From assembly GCA_963813205.1 (NCBI GenBank), contig CAWEYI010000028.1:1038-65037 (forward strand): 64,000 nt of DNA, in the 5' to 3' direction. The translations under genes were made by a program, and so were the position numbers. Source of the stretch: an uncultured Acidobacteriaceae bacterium. Lineage in GTDB: Bacteria; Acidobacteriota; Terriglobia; Terriglobales; Acidobacteriaceae. This document shows positions 17,976 through 28,391 of this stretch, piece by piece. Below the pieces are notes generated by a model. It made no database searches. It was not told the origin of the DNA and worked only from the letters and a program-made list of their open reading frames with translations. Numbering within the stretch: the first letter of the stretch is position 1; every line of letters starts with the position of its first letter.

Positions 17976-19151
17976 TTGGAGGCACTCATCTTGAAAAACG
18001 GCAATCATCACAACAAAGTAGGACACTCGGCGGAAAAATCTCATACCACTGCAGGTCACGAGGGTGAGGGAAAAGATCGTCACCTGCACAATCCGATCGA
18101 AGACCGTCTGATCCCGCTCGAGCCGCTCGATCTGGGTAAGGTCAAGTCGATCGACGATCTGGTGCGTGCCATGTCGAAGACCGCGTTTACCGGACGCCAA
18201 TTGGGCGAGGCCGCCGACGTCCTCGAAGCCATGGCCCGCGACGAAGAATGCTTCGTCGTGATGACTCTCTCCGGCGCAATGACCGTGGCCAAACAAGGCC
18301 TCATCGTGACCGAGTTGATCGACCGCGGCATCGTCAATGCTGTCGTTTCCACCGGCGCGCTGATGGCCCATGGCCTGGTCGAAGCCACCGGCCGCGCCCA
18401 CTTTCGCTACAATCCCGAAGTTTCGGATGAAGAACTCTACGAGCAGGGCTACAACCGCGTCTACGACACGCTCGAGCCTGAGCAGAACCTCGACGACGTG
18501 GAAGAAGTGATGTCTGCAGTGCTCGAAGGTTGGGATCACAACGAAGTGATGTGTTCCTACAAACTGAATCACGCGATCGGCGCGTATCTGGCCAAACACT
18601 CAGGAGAGCAGCGCGGGATTTTGAAATCGGCGCATGAGATGGGCGTCCCCGTATTCGTGCCGGCTTTCAGCGATTCGGAGATGGGCCTGGACACCGCGCT
18701 GAACAATCGTCTGCGCGAATCCACCGGCCGGCATAAGATTCGCTTCGATCCATTCGAAGACCTGGAGCACTTTGCTGCAACGCTGCTTCGTCAGAAAAAG
18801 CTCGGCATCGTCACTATCGGCGGAGGCGTGCCGCGCAACTGGTCGCAGCAGTTCGGTCCATTCTGTGAACTGCGCCATCGCCGTCTGGGTGAGAACGTAG
18901 CGCTAAAGCGCTATCACTACGGCCTGCGCATTTGCCCCGAGCCCGTCTATTGGGGAGGGTTGTCCGGCAGTCCCTACAGTGAGGCGGTTTCGTGGGGAAA
19001 ATTCGTGCCCCCCGCTGAAGGCGGCCGCTTCGGCGAGGTTTTCGTCGACGCCACTGTCGGATTGCCCCTGATCGTCGCCGCCGTTCTCGAACGCTTGGAT
19101 AAGAAGGGAAGCAGGGCGACCAAGAATAAGCACGCTGCAGTAAGGAAATAA
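17976..19151 (+). CDS. Deoxyhypusine synthase family protein (homospermidine-synthase-like)
   Basis: LSGAMTVA, VSTGALMAHG, PAFSDSEMG and GGGVPRNW, typical of the DHS fold. The exact start is uncertain. Confidence 0.85.
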   Translation: MEALILKNGNHHNKVGHSAEKSHTTAGHEGEGKDRHLHNPIEDRLIPLEPLDLGKVKSIDDLVRAMSKTAFTGRQLGEAADVLEAMARDEECFVVMTLSGAMTVAKQGLIVTELIDRGIVNAVVSTGALMAHGLVEATGRAHFRYNPEVSDEELYEQGYNRVYDTLEPEQNLDDVEEVMSAVLEGWDHNEVMCSYKLNHAIGAYLAKHSGEQRGILKSAHEMGVPVFVPAFSDSEMGLDTALNNRLRESTGRHKIRFDPFEDLEHFAATLLRQKKLGIVTIGGGVPRNWSQQFGPFCELRHRRLGENVALKRYHYGLRICPEPVYWGGLSGSPYSEAVSWGKFVPPAEGGRFGEVFVDATVGLPLIVAAVLERLDKKGSRATKNKHAAVRK

Positions 19152-19249
19152 CTTCTGACCTGCTGAAGACTGCGTTCCGGATCGCCGATCCGCGAGGAGG
19201 ATTTCCTGACCGTCGATAGTGTCGCGGAAGGCAAGTCGCCGCCCGCAGT

Positions 19250-19313
19250 GCCGTGGAAGAGCGGCGCTTTCAGCGCCGCGTTAAGGAATCAAAATCAGCG
19301 GGCTTTAGCCCCA
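19250..19313. repeat. Family B dispersed repeat (two hairpins: GCGGCGC-loop-GCGCCGC and GGGCTTTAGCCCC)
   Basis: CCGTGGAAGAGCGGCGCTTTCAGCGCCGCG...GGGCTTTAGCCCC. Copies also at about 52003-52073, 52192-52264, 53255-53326 and 63846-63912. Confidence 0.7.
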
Positions 19314-19323
19314 GTGGGGCCAT

Positions 19324-19614
19324 CTAACTAGCGCCAGCCTCTGAGCCGCAAGCATCGGCCAGAGCAAACTGCGCATTCTCCGAATCCACGTTCTCTTCAT
19401 TCGATGAGCCGTTTTCTCCGCGGCTCTTCCGGTAAAGCGGCGCAAGAATGCTGTTCTCCAGCACGCGCGATTCCGCCTCCACCCAGTCTTGCAGCGCAAG
19501 ACCTTCCTCCTGCCCGCGCTGATCATAAAGATGTTGCGCGTGCAGCCGGATCTTTCTTTCAATTAATTCCGTCATCAACTCTTGCTGCTTTTTTCTACGT
19601 GTATCGTTATCCAA
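19324..19614 (-). CDS. DUF2934 domain protein
   Basis: IRLHAQHLYDQRGQEEGLALQDWVEAE matches the DUF2934 core (R.RAY.L...RG...G....DWL.AE). Confidence 0.65.
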   Translation of the reverse strand: MDNDTRRKKQQELMTELIERKIRLHAQHLYDQRGQEEGLALQDWVEAESRVLENSILAPLYRKSRGENGSSNEENVDSENAQFALADACGSEAGAS

Positions 19615-19801
19615 AACTACTCCTTGGGTCTAAATAGGTCTTTCCTAACAGTTCTATGATAAGGGAAGGATGTTAACGGAAGGTTACATTCGGGAGGGCT
19701 TAGGGGTTACTAAAGTATTAAGTATAGCACGCCTTCCTTCCGGAATTTCGCTTCTATCTCAAGGTAAGGAACTTGTGCTAGAGTAAGGAAACGAGGCGAA
19801 G

Positions 19802-20041
19802 ATGCAGAAGCAGGCCAAAATCACCAGCAAGGGGCAAGTCACGGTTCCGCTCGAAGTGCGGCGGATTCTTGGCGTGCACGCGGGAGACAAACTGCTTTTC
19901 GAAGATGATGCGACTGGCATTCGGGTTCTTCCCATTCGCAGCCAGAACTCATTCTCCAAGTATCGCGGGATCGGCAATCCCGGCATTGGCTCCGGCAGGA
20001 AGGGCATCGCCCGCTGGCTACGTGAAATGCGCGGTCAATAA
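19802..20041 (+). CDS. AbrB/MazE/SpoVT-family antitoxin (VapB-type)
   Basis: ITSKGQVTVPLEVRRILGV motif. Lies immediately upstream of a PIN gene. Confidence 0.8.
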   Translation: MQKQAKITSKGQVTVPLEVRRILGVHAGDKLLFEDDATGIRVLPIRSQNSFSKYRGIGNPGIGSGRKGIARWLREMRGQ

Positions 20042-20070
20042 GCGGTAAATACACAGAGGCAGAAGGAATA

Positions 20071-20493
20071 GTGTCAACGGCCATCGATACCAACGTCATC
20101 GTCGCCTTGTGGGACAGCGATGCTGCCCTCAGTCGCGACGCGGAGACCGCCTTGGATGCGGCCTTCAAACGTGGAAACCTTATCGTCGCCGCCCCGGTCT
20201 TCGCCGAACTCATTGCCGCCCCGGGTCGCTCCGAAGACTTTGTCAGTTTGTTTCTGGAAGAAAACGGAATCGCGGTCGATTGGAATTTGAATGAATCCAT
20301 CTGGCGCTCGGCCGGCCGAGCGTTCCAGTCCTACGCGGAACGGCGGCGTAAACAGCGTAATCACGGCACGCGCCGCTTACTCGCCGACTTCCTGATTGGC
20401 GCCCATGCCCTTGTCCGCGGCTATCGGCTGCTCTCGCTGGATGAACGGCTGTACCGCGCAGCATTTCCGACGCTGAAAATTGAAACCGTCTAG
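20071..20493 (+). CDS. vapC: PIN-domain ribonuclease toxin (VapC)
   Basis: N-terminal AIDTNVIVAL (first acidic residue). Size and partner are typical. GTG start. Confidence 0.8.
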   Translation: MSTAIDTNVIVALWDSDAALSRDAETALDAAFKRGNLIVAAPVFAELIAAPGRSEDFVSLFLEENGIAVDWNLNESIWRSAGRAFQSYAERRRKQRNHGTRRLLADFLIGAHALVRGYRLLSLDERLYRAAFPTLKIETV

Positions 20494-20508
20494 CTCGGCG
20501 CCGATTCC

Positions 20509-21054
20509 CTAATCAAAAATCAACACCGCCGAGGCAATCACAGTCGTCCACAACCCCCGCTTATCCCCCACCGCAGATTGCGTCACATTCGCTGTCCGAA
20601 CGATCTTGTTCGAGAGCCGGTAAATCTGTTTCTTCTCATCCCAGGACCGGTCGGGATCAAACTCCACATTCAGCGTGGTCGCCAGCATTTCCGCCGCGAG
20701 TTCTTCCGCGTATTCCCCAGCCGCATCTTCCGTCTCGCCAAAAGAGTGGTGCTCGCTGAGATATCCGTAGGTATTCTTATCCGCCGGAATCGCTACGCCG
20801 ATCGACGAAGCCAGCAACCGGTGCGCCTCATGCGTGGAGTTTTCCGCCACCACCGCAAACACCACTTCGCCCGGACTCAGGTATTTCACGCCTTCTTTGC
20901 GCGCCAGCATTTTGCAATTGGGTGGAAAGATGGAAGAGACTCGCACCAGATTCTGGGCGGCGATACCGGCGTCCCGTAACGCCAATTCGAAGGATGTTAA
21001 CCGCTCACGGTGCTTTCCGACTCCCTTGGTGAAGAACATCTTCTTGGGAACCAT
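20509..21054 (-). CDS. pdaD: Pyruvoyl-dependent arginine decarboxylase
   Basis: [31 protein letters not shown]...[10 protein letters not shown] (self-cleavage Ser-Ser region). The ORF-track frame opens 30 nt upstream. Confidence 0.9.
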   Translation of the reverse strand: MVPKKMFFTKGVGKHRERLTSFELALRDAGIAAQNLVRVSSIFPPNCKMLARKEGVKYLSPGEVVFAVVAENSTHEAHRLLASSIGVAIPADKNTYGYLSEHHSFGETEDAAGEYAEELAAEMLATTLNVEFDPDRSWDEKKQIYRLSNKIVRTANVTQSAVGDKRGLWTTVIASAVLIFD

Positions 21055-21158
21055 ATCTTTGCCCAACGCTCTAGCCTCCGGCACGCAAATTTATGAGAGT
21101 GAGAATGCACAATTTAACACAATGGTTTGTAAAGAAAGTGTGAATTTAAGGCAATCGC

Positions 21159-21190
21159 AAAAAAATGGGAACCCGCTGGCGCAGGTTCCC
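21159..21190 (-). terminator. Rho-independent terminator (minus strand) downstream of the POTRA gene
   Basis: Minus strand reads GGGAACC-TGCGCCAGCG-GGTTCCC followed by ATTTTTTT. Confidence 0.55.
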
Positions 21191-21410
21191 ACTTGTGCCC
21201 GGTCCTGATTGGGGGAGGGCCTCGGGCAAAATCGCGTCACAATGTAACACGCCGCGCGAGAATTTCAACAAAAGAGTTTTAGATTTCGGTTTTCCGAACA
21301 AGCGGCCTTTCCATCACCCCAACCCTCGCTTGTCTTCTATTCAATTTAATCCTAAGCATGGGGGCCTGGCCCACACGAATGGACGATGCTGCGACACCAG
21401 ACCCGATGGC

Positions 21411-22787
21411 TTATTGTGGCGCCTTCGCCGTATATTGCAAATCCACATCCACCGTCTTGTCCCGAGCCATCGCCGTCACGTGAGGCGCGACTTCCCAGTC
21501 CATGTTGGCCGGCAATAGTTTTCTCGCCTGAACCAGAAATCCTTTCAGGTAAGTAGCATCGTAAACGTCGCCCGGACGAATCTTCCACGCTTCCCGCAGC
21601 CTCGCCGTCAGGGCATTGTCGATGCCGCGAAACTCCAGCTCACCCATGTGAAAGACGGAACCCTCCGTCACCAGCAGCAGGTAATCGACCATGGCCGCCC
21701 CATCATCGTATTGAGCGTCAGCCTTGATGCTGGCAGTGACATAGCCGCGCGAACCATACAGCTCCTGCACCGCGCGCAGATCATCCTCCAGCTGAACCGT
21801 ACTCGCAGGTTTCCCCGTCTTGGCGTGCAGTAGCGCCTGTAGTTCGTTGGTAGGAATGTTTTTGTTTCCCGACCAGCTCCATCCTTTGAGTTTGTACTGA
21901 ATTCCCGGCGTTATTTGGAGCGCAACATCCACCGTCGTTACCGTCTCCTGATCGCCTTCCTCTGGGACAACCGCCTTGATCACCTTCGGCTGCGGCGCCG
22001 AGCACGCCGCCTTCAAATAGCCACGATCGTGGTAGATCGGCATGACCGCATGTTGCGTAAACGAAGCCAACAAAGCGCGCGAATAGTCACGCCCGCTAAG
22101 TTTTTTGCCTGCATCCTTCAGCAGCTCCAACTCATCCGGTCCTGCGCCAGTAAACTCGATGTCTCGGATCCGGATTCTAACGTTTGAGACACTATATTCG
22201 ATCGCCGCCAGTTGGCCGTCCTTTCCAGGCGTGCGGAGATAGTCGACGTGGCCAGGTATGCCATTTTCCACCAGCATCGCCTGCAAAATGTCCGATACTT
22301 GATCCGGCAAGCGTCCGGTAGCCGGCAATTCTCCGTTGAACAGTGGAGCCCGTTGATGCAGTTTCTGGAGCAGTTCCTTATCCGAGAACCAAACGAAGTC
22401 AGCGAAGTGAGCCGGTACGAACTTTTCTGCGTCCGTCACCTTGAACACCAGTTTGGTGCCTGCCGCTGAGTACGAAAAAGTGTAGGAGATCGCGTCGAAA
22501 GCTCCGGTCTCGCCCAGTTGCCGGGCGGCTTTGCGGAACGTCTCGTCGTCCACAACCGTACCCACCATCAGTCCAGTCGCAGCCGCCACTTCCTCCTCTG
22601 TGAAGCGTTGGCTTCCGGTTGCCTTCACTTCAATCAGCTTGGCATCGGCCGCAGGAACCGGCTGAGCCCCAACCGATGTCTGCACTTGTGCTCTGGCTGA
22701 CGTGAAGAAAATACTAGAAAAAAAGAGGAGCAAAACGAGCGCGTAAAATCGCAAACGCCACAAACCGTTTGAAAACAGAACCTTCAT
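21411..22787 (-). CDS. Secreted multi-POTRA-domain protein without an obvious beta-barrel
   Basis: ATG 22787 gives a signal peptide. Repeated about 80-aa modules of the type IxFxGN..i....L......G..y....L..D...L...Y...GY (for example IEFTGAGPDELELL, ELEFRGIDNAL). Confidence 0.7.
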   Translation of the reverse strand: MKVLFSNGLWRLRFYALVLLLFFSSIFFTSARAQVQTSVGAQPVPAADAKLIEVKATGSQRFTEEEVAAATGLMVGTVVDDETFRKAARQLGETGAFDAISYTFSYSAAGTKLVFKVTDAEKFVPAHFADFVWFSDKELLQKLHQRAPLFNGELPATGRLPDQVSDILQAMLVENGIPGHVDYLRTPGKDGQLAAIEYSVSNVRIRIRDIEFTGAGPDELELLKDAGKKLSGRDYSRALLASFTQHAVMPIYHDRGYLKAACSAPQPKVIKAVVPEEGDQETVTTVDVALQITPGIQYKLKGWSWSGNKNIPTNELQALLHAKTGKPASTVQLEDDLRAVQELYGSRGYVTASIKADAQYDDGAAMVDYLLLVTEGSVFHMGELEFRGIDNALTARLREAWKIRPGDVYDATYLKGFLVQARKLLPANMDWEVAPHVTAMARDKTVDVDLQYTAKAPQ

Positions 22788-23016
22788 CTGCCGTGCGGAA
22801 TGCATCGCTGAATGTATGTTACGGCAGATGCTGTCGAAATGGACGCCAGCCTTAGCCGCCAAAGGGATTCCGCTTCCTGCTTCAACGGAGGCTTTGAATC
22901 AGAGGGTAATGGCCCGATCCGACGTGACGCAACTGGGGAATTGTAAATTCGATGTCTGCTGAGATGCTCCCGGAAAGAGAACGAATGATTTAGGCGCAGA
23001 TTACAACCCGCACCTC

Positions 23017-23355
23017 TCAGGCGGAACTGCTTAATGCGGCATGCTTCGTATTCTGCTTCACGACCCTCTCGACCAGCTTGAACGCCTTTGCCGACTCTGT
23101 TCGACAACAGGCCTCATGATTCGTCGCGTCCGTCAGGCCCTCTTCAATCGCGTCCAAGGCCGTGCACGAACGGTCCAATACAAGTTGCAGGTATTTCTGG
23201 GCGATGGGCCGGTCGGCAGGGTGAATGAGTTCCCACCAGCGGCGGATCGATTCCTGCACCTCGACCTCCGATTTATCCCCAACCACGAGGGTGTCAATCA
23301 GCCGATAAACCTTACTTTTTATAGCCTGATACGAAACCGACACTTCTTGAGGCAT
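23017..23355 (-). CDS. Hypothetical protein
   Basis: 112-aa ORF with protein-like composition. No family recognised. Confidence 0.45.
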   Translation of the reverse strand: MPQEVSVSYQAIKSKVYRLIDTLVVGDKSEVEVQESIRRWWELIHPADRPIAQKYLQLVLDRSCTALDAIEEGLTDATNHEACCRTESAKAFKLVERVVKQNTKHAALSSSA

Positions 23356-23704
23356 GATTTTAGGGAACTTCTAGCCACTATGAGCAATCGGCCATCCAAA
23401 CCGTAGGTGCTTGAGACTGCAAGCCCTTGCGACATTGCCACAGGGCGACCCATCCTATGAATGGAATAAATCCGAATACTGGATATGGATTCTGGAAGCG
23501 CCCGTGCAGATCCGAAGGACCGTTCAGTTGCCCCCGACTAGATTGCGCTCTTCGCCCGCAACGATTCTCCAATCCCCGCCGGCAACGGTTACAATGTTCC
23601 GCTCTCTCAAACCCGATCTACGTGATTTGCGGGCGGTGACGAGCGTGACTTGCGGCGGCAGCGCCTGTAGTCGATTTCAACAGAGGCACGTTCTCGGAGG
23701 CTGG

Positions 23705-24316
23705 ATGAAAAGATTCATGTGGATTCTTGCAGCTAATGTATTGCTTTCTAGTTTAAGTCTAGGCCAGGCCCAAAGCTCGGCCTCCGCCTCCGCAACCGCC
23801 CCTCCGGACTCCACACCGTCGGACTCCGGACAGCAAGAACGGATGTTTTTTCCCCGCGATATGCTTTGGGGATGGGCGCAATTCGACTTGGCCCCTCCGC
23901 ATAACGAAATCGACCCGAACATCTGCGCCGGCAACGCCGGTCAGTATGGCGGCGTTAACGCGCCGTGCAGCATGTTCGCCCGTTACATGCTCTCCGGAAT
24001 GCTCGAGGTTCGTCCCTTCGGCCGGGGGCAGTTGCGGCGCTTCATGGTATTCGGTGCGCCCGCATTCCTCTTCGGCAAAACCATTCCCCAAACCCTCTAC
24101 ACCTGGTCGCCGGATGCCATTGGCATCGAGCACTCCTGGGGAGTAGGAATCTATATCGACAAGGGATTCGAGTTTCGCGTGACCCAGCACTTCCTGTTCG
24201 ATCGCCTCGGCGCGCGCGATACTTATCTCGGCATAGCCGACCTCGGCAACAACGGCCCTTGGGGACGCTACATGACCGTCGGCGTGCGGAAGTATTTCGG
24301 CACCCGGCGATGGTGA
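23705..24316 (+). CDS. Hypothetical secreted protein
   Basis: ATG 23705 gives MKRFMWILAANVLLSSLSLGQAQ. The upstream part of ORF-track frame 23411.. looks non-coding. Confidence 0.6.
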   Translation: MKRFMWILAANVLLSSLSLGQAQSSASASATAPPDSTPSDSGQQERMFFPRDMLWGWAQFDLAPPHNEIDPNICAGNAGQYGGVNAPCSMFARYMLSGMLEVRPFGRGQLRRFMVFGAPAFLFGKTIPQTLYTWSPDAIGIEHSWGVGIYIDKGFEFRVTQHFLFDRLGARDTYLGIADLGNNGPWGRYMTVGVRKYFGTRRW

Positions 24317-24431
24317 CCCAGTCACGCAAAGGGGTGATGAGGGAATTAGTCAGCGTGCGGGCTCCGGGGGTATTCTCTATAATTGAAAGTTTTCACAATC
24401 GGTGTTGCGAAATTCTATAGGGAGACTCATC

Positions 24432-25851
24432 ATGGCAGGCTCTTATAACGGCATCGCCGTGCCGTCAAACGGAAAGAAAATCGGCTACGCACCCGGTAAG
24501 TACGATGTCCCGGATAATCCAGTCATCCCCTTCATCGAAGGCGACGGAACCGGCCGCGACATCTGGAAGGCATCGCTGCGCGTGTTCGACGCCGCGGTCG
24601 AAAAAGCATACAGCGGCAAGCGCCGCGTTGCCTGGTACGAAGTTTTCGCCGGCGAAAAGGCCAAGGCAAAATTCGATAATTGGCTGCCCGATGACACCGT
24701 CGACGCCATCCGCGAATTCCGCGTCGCCATCAAAGGCCCGCTCACCACGCCCGTCGGCGGCGGCATTCGTTCCCTGAACGTAGCACTTCGCCAGATTCTC
24801 GATCTCTATTGCTGCGTTCGCCCGGTTAAGTATTACAAAGGCGTGCCTTCGCCGGTAAAGAATCCCGAACGCATGAACATCGTCATCTACCGCGAAAATA
24901 CTGAAGACGTTTACGCCGGCATCGAGTGGGAGCAGGGAACCGCCGAATGCGCCACGCCTCATCGAATTCATCAACAAAGACATGCTGAAGGGCGGCAAGA
25001 AACAAATCCGCCTCGACTCCGGCGTCGGCATCAAGCCGATTTCCGTTACCGGAACCAAACGCCTCGTCCGCATGGCAATTCTGCACGCCCTCGAAACCGG
25101 CCGCAAAAGCGTGACCCTCGTACATAAAGGAAACATTCAAAAATTCACCGAAGGCGCATTTCGCAAGTGGGGATACGAACTCGCCACCGAAGAATTTCGC
25201 GACAAAGTGGTCACCGAGCGCGAGAGCTGGATCCTCGACAATAAAGACAAGAATCCAAATCTCACTGTCGCGCAAAATGCCGAACTGGTCGAGCCCGGCA
25301 TGGAATTCGCACAGCCGGAATTTCGCAAGGCGGTTGAACAGGAAGTGAAAGAAGTTCTCGACCGCATCTACGCCACCCACGGCAAAGGCCAGTGGAAGAA
25401 AAAGATAATGATCAACGACCGCATCGCCGATTCCATCTTCCAGCAGGTCGTCACGCGAGCCGACGAATATTCAGTCCTCGCCTGCCCCAACTTCAACGGC
25501 GATTACATCTCTGACGCTTGCGCCGCCCAGGTCGGCGGCCTCGGCATCGCTCCCGGCGCCAACATCGGCGATGGCTATGCCATCTTCGAAGCCACCCACG
25601 GCACGGCTCCGAAATATGCCGACAAAGACGTGATCAATCCCGGCTCGGTGATGCTCTCTGGGGTAATGATGTTTCGCTTCCTGGGATGGAACGAAGCTGC
25701 GGATCTCATCGAGCGCGGCATGGAACAAACCATCCTGCAGAAAAAAGTTACCTACGATTTCGAACGCCTCATGGAAGGCGCGACCAAAGTAAAAACCAGC
25801 CAGTTCGCCGACACCATCATCGACAACATGAGCGTCGCGGTGCTGGTATAG
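24432..25851 (+). pseudogene. icd: NADP-dependent isocitrate dehydrogenase, interrupted by a +1 frameshift near 24948
   Basis: [22 protein letters not shown], then EWEQGTAE | (A)[31 protein letters not shown] continues in the next frame (ORF 24982..25851 with [19 protein letters not shown]). Removing one T at about 24948 restores a single ORF. Confidence 0.85.
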
Positions 25852-25862
25852 AAAATTCATAG

Positions 25863-25941
25863 ACCACGAAGGACGCGAAGGTCCACGAAGTAGATCATGT
25901 TGTCTTTTCCTTCGTGAACCTTCGTGCCCTTAGTGGTTAAA
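25863..25941. repeat. Family C imperfect inverted repeat (CACGAAGG / CCTTCGTG arms ending GTGGTTAAA)
   Basis: ACCACGAAGGACGCGAAGGTCCACGAAG...CCTTCGTGAACCTTCGTGCCCTTAGTGGTTAAAA between the icd stop and the mdh start. Related copies at 31901-31980, 40581-40628 and 50553-50585. Confidence 0.65.
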
Positions 25942-25971
25942 ACATTCCTGCGAATTTGAAAGGACTCATTC

Positions 25972-26901
<930 letters not shown>

Positions 26902-26971
26902 ACCGCTTCCTTAAGGACAGAACTTTAACGCGCCGGACCCTCTCGAAGTCATTCAATCCTAGGGACTGTCT

Positions 26972-27403
26972 TTAGATTTCATCGGGTGCGCGTCCAAAGG
27001 GATTGACAATCACCAGGCCATCCAAATCCTGATCCGCCTGCAGATCTTCGGTCAGCAAATAACGACACGAAGCTGCCTTCGCCGCAGCCACGATCAGGGA
27101 ATCCCAGAAAGAGAGTTGGTAGCGCTCCTGAACTTTCCACCCAACTTCAAGAATCTCTGCATCAATAGCAACCGGTCGCCAATCGAGCAAATCGCGGATC
27201 TCGGCGCGAACTTCTTTGCTCAACGCGGGCCATTTTCTCGTCGCCGTCGAGTAGAACTCCTGCAACACCTGGAAGCTGATGCGCCCCTGGCGGCTCTTCC
27301 ACAGTTCCGCCAGCCACAGGCGCGAAGCCTCGAACTTCTTTAGGTTCGCTTCATCCAGATAGTAGATTAAAACGTTGGTGTCAACGAAGACGGGCGCGAT
27401 CAT
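26972..27403 (-). CDS. vapC: PIN-domain toxin (VapC)
   Basis: MIAPVFVDTNVLIYYLD... Overlaps the stop of its upstream antitoxin gene. Confidence 0.8.
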   Translation of the reverse strand: MIAPVFVDTNVLIYYLDEANLKKFEASRLWLAELWKSRQGRISFQVLQEFYSTATRKWPALSKEVRAEIRDLLDWRPVAIDAEILEVGWKVQERYQLSFWDSLIVAAAKAASCRYLLTEDLQADQDLDGLVIVNPFGRAPDEI

Positions 27404-27629
27404 GCGTCTCCTCGCGCGTCATGTACCGTCCGTCCGTCTTGGGGAACGGCTTGCGATCCAGGAACCGGCGCATGGAGCTTTCGTAGCTGCTTTTCGCTTT
27501 CATGCGTTCTTTCAAAATATTGGCCAGCAGTTGTGACACGCTTGTATCCTGGCGCGCCGCTTCCATGCGCGCCCAGCGCGCCACGCTCTCCTCCAGAGTG
27601 ACGGTAACATTTCGACGATGATTTTTCAT
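27381..27629 (-). CDS. Antitoxin (ribbon-helix-helix-like) of the adjacent PIN toxin
   Basis: ATG 27629. RNVTVTLEESVARWARMEAARQDTSVSQLLANILKE fits a beta-strand plus two helices. 23-nt overlap with the toxin start. Confidence 0.65.
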   Translation of the reverse strand: MKNHRRNVTVTLEESVARWARMEAARQDTSVSQLLANILKERMKAKSSYESSMRRFLDRKPFPKTDGRYMTREETHDRARLR

Positions 27630-27729
27630 AACACAGACCCAGTGTAGCACGGAACCCGTGGAACAAATAAGCGCGAGCGATCATCCATGGAAAGTTGACC
27701 ATAGTCATTGACCATGGTATAAGTTACCC

Positions 27730-27972
27730 ATGAAGGAAATCGCCATCTCCGAGTTCAAAGCCAAGTGCCTGGGCATCCTGGAAGAAGTTCGCAAGACGCG
27801 CAAGCCGATTCGAGTGACTCGCTTCGGCAAGCCAGTGGCCGAAGTCGTGCCACCATCTCCGGGAAAGTCTAAGGGAAGCCGACTTGGCTGCATGGTCGGC
27901 ACCGCCGAAATCCTAGGCGATATCGTTGGCCCCACCGGGAGTCTGGACGACTGGAAAGCCTGGCGGGAGTGA
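27730..27972 (+). CDS. Phd/YefM-family antitoxin
   Basis: MKEIAISEFKAKCLGILEEVRKTRKPIRVTRFGKPVAEVVP. Confidence 0.8.
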   Translation: MKEIAISEFKAKCLGILEEVRKTRKPIRVTRFGKPVAEVVPPSPGKSKGSRLGCMVGTAEILGDIVGPTGSLDDWKAWRE

Positions 27973-28364
27973 AATTACTTCTCGATACCCACATTTGGCT
28001 TTGGATGGCCCTCGATCCGGATCGCCTGGCTTCTCGCGTAGGTAAGGCTCTTGACGATCCTGAGAATGAACTATGGCTGTCCTCAATTAGCGTCTGGGAA
28101 TTGACCGTCCTTTGCCGCAAAGGGCGATTCAGAACCCTACCAGAACTCCCGGCGTGGGTTTCCAACACGATGGAGGAACTAAGGCTCATAGAGGCGCCTC
28201 TCACCGTTGAGGTCGCACTGGCAGTATCCGCGTTGAACCTGCCCCACAACGATCCGGCAGACGGCTTTATCGCCGCCACTGCGAAGATATTCGGTCTCAC
28301 GTTGGTGACCGCCGACGAGCAACTGGCCAAGCTGACGGATATCACCGTGCTCCCGAATCGCTGA
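27969..28364 (+). CDS. vapC: PIN-domain toxin (VapC)
   Basis: GTGA start/stop overlap with the antitoxin. LLLDTHIWLWMALDP... typical N-terminus. Confidence 0.8.
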   Translation: MKLLLDTHIWLWMALDPDRLASRVGKALDDPENELWLSSISVWELTVLCRKGRFRTLPELPAWVSNTMEELRLIEAPLTVEVALAVSALNLPHNDPADGFIAATAKIFGLTLVTADEQLAKLTDITVLPNR

Positions 28365-28391
28365 ACGCACTCCGCCTCACCTGCTCCCCGT

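Noticed and set aside
17865-18599. 244-aa ORF antisense to the deoxyhypusine-synthase-like gene
   Set aside because: It fully overlaps a gene with clear family motifs on the other strand. Its own sequence is motif-free, which is typical of the long antisense frames that GC-rich coding DNA produces.
24948-24948. Programmed ribosomal frameshifting as the explanation for the split icd/sdhA/mdh/dipeptidase genes
   Set aside because: I could see no slippery heptamer or conserved stimulatory structure at the sites. The affected families are not known to use recoding, and mdh needs two compensating events. Errors or decay are far more likely.
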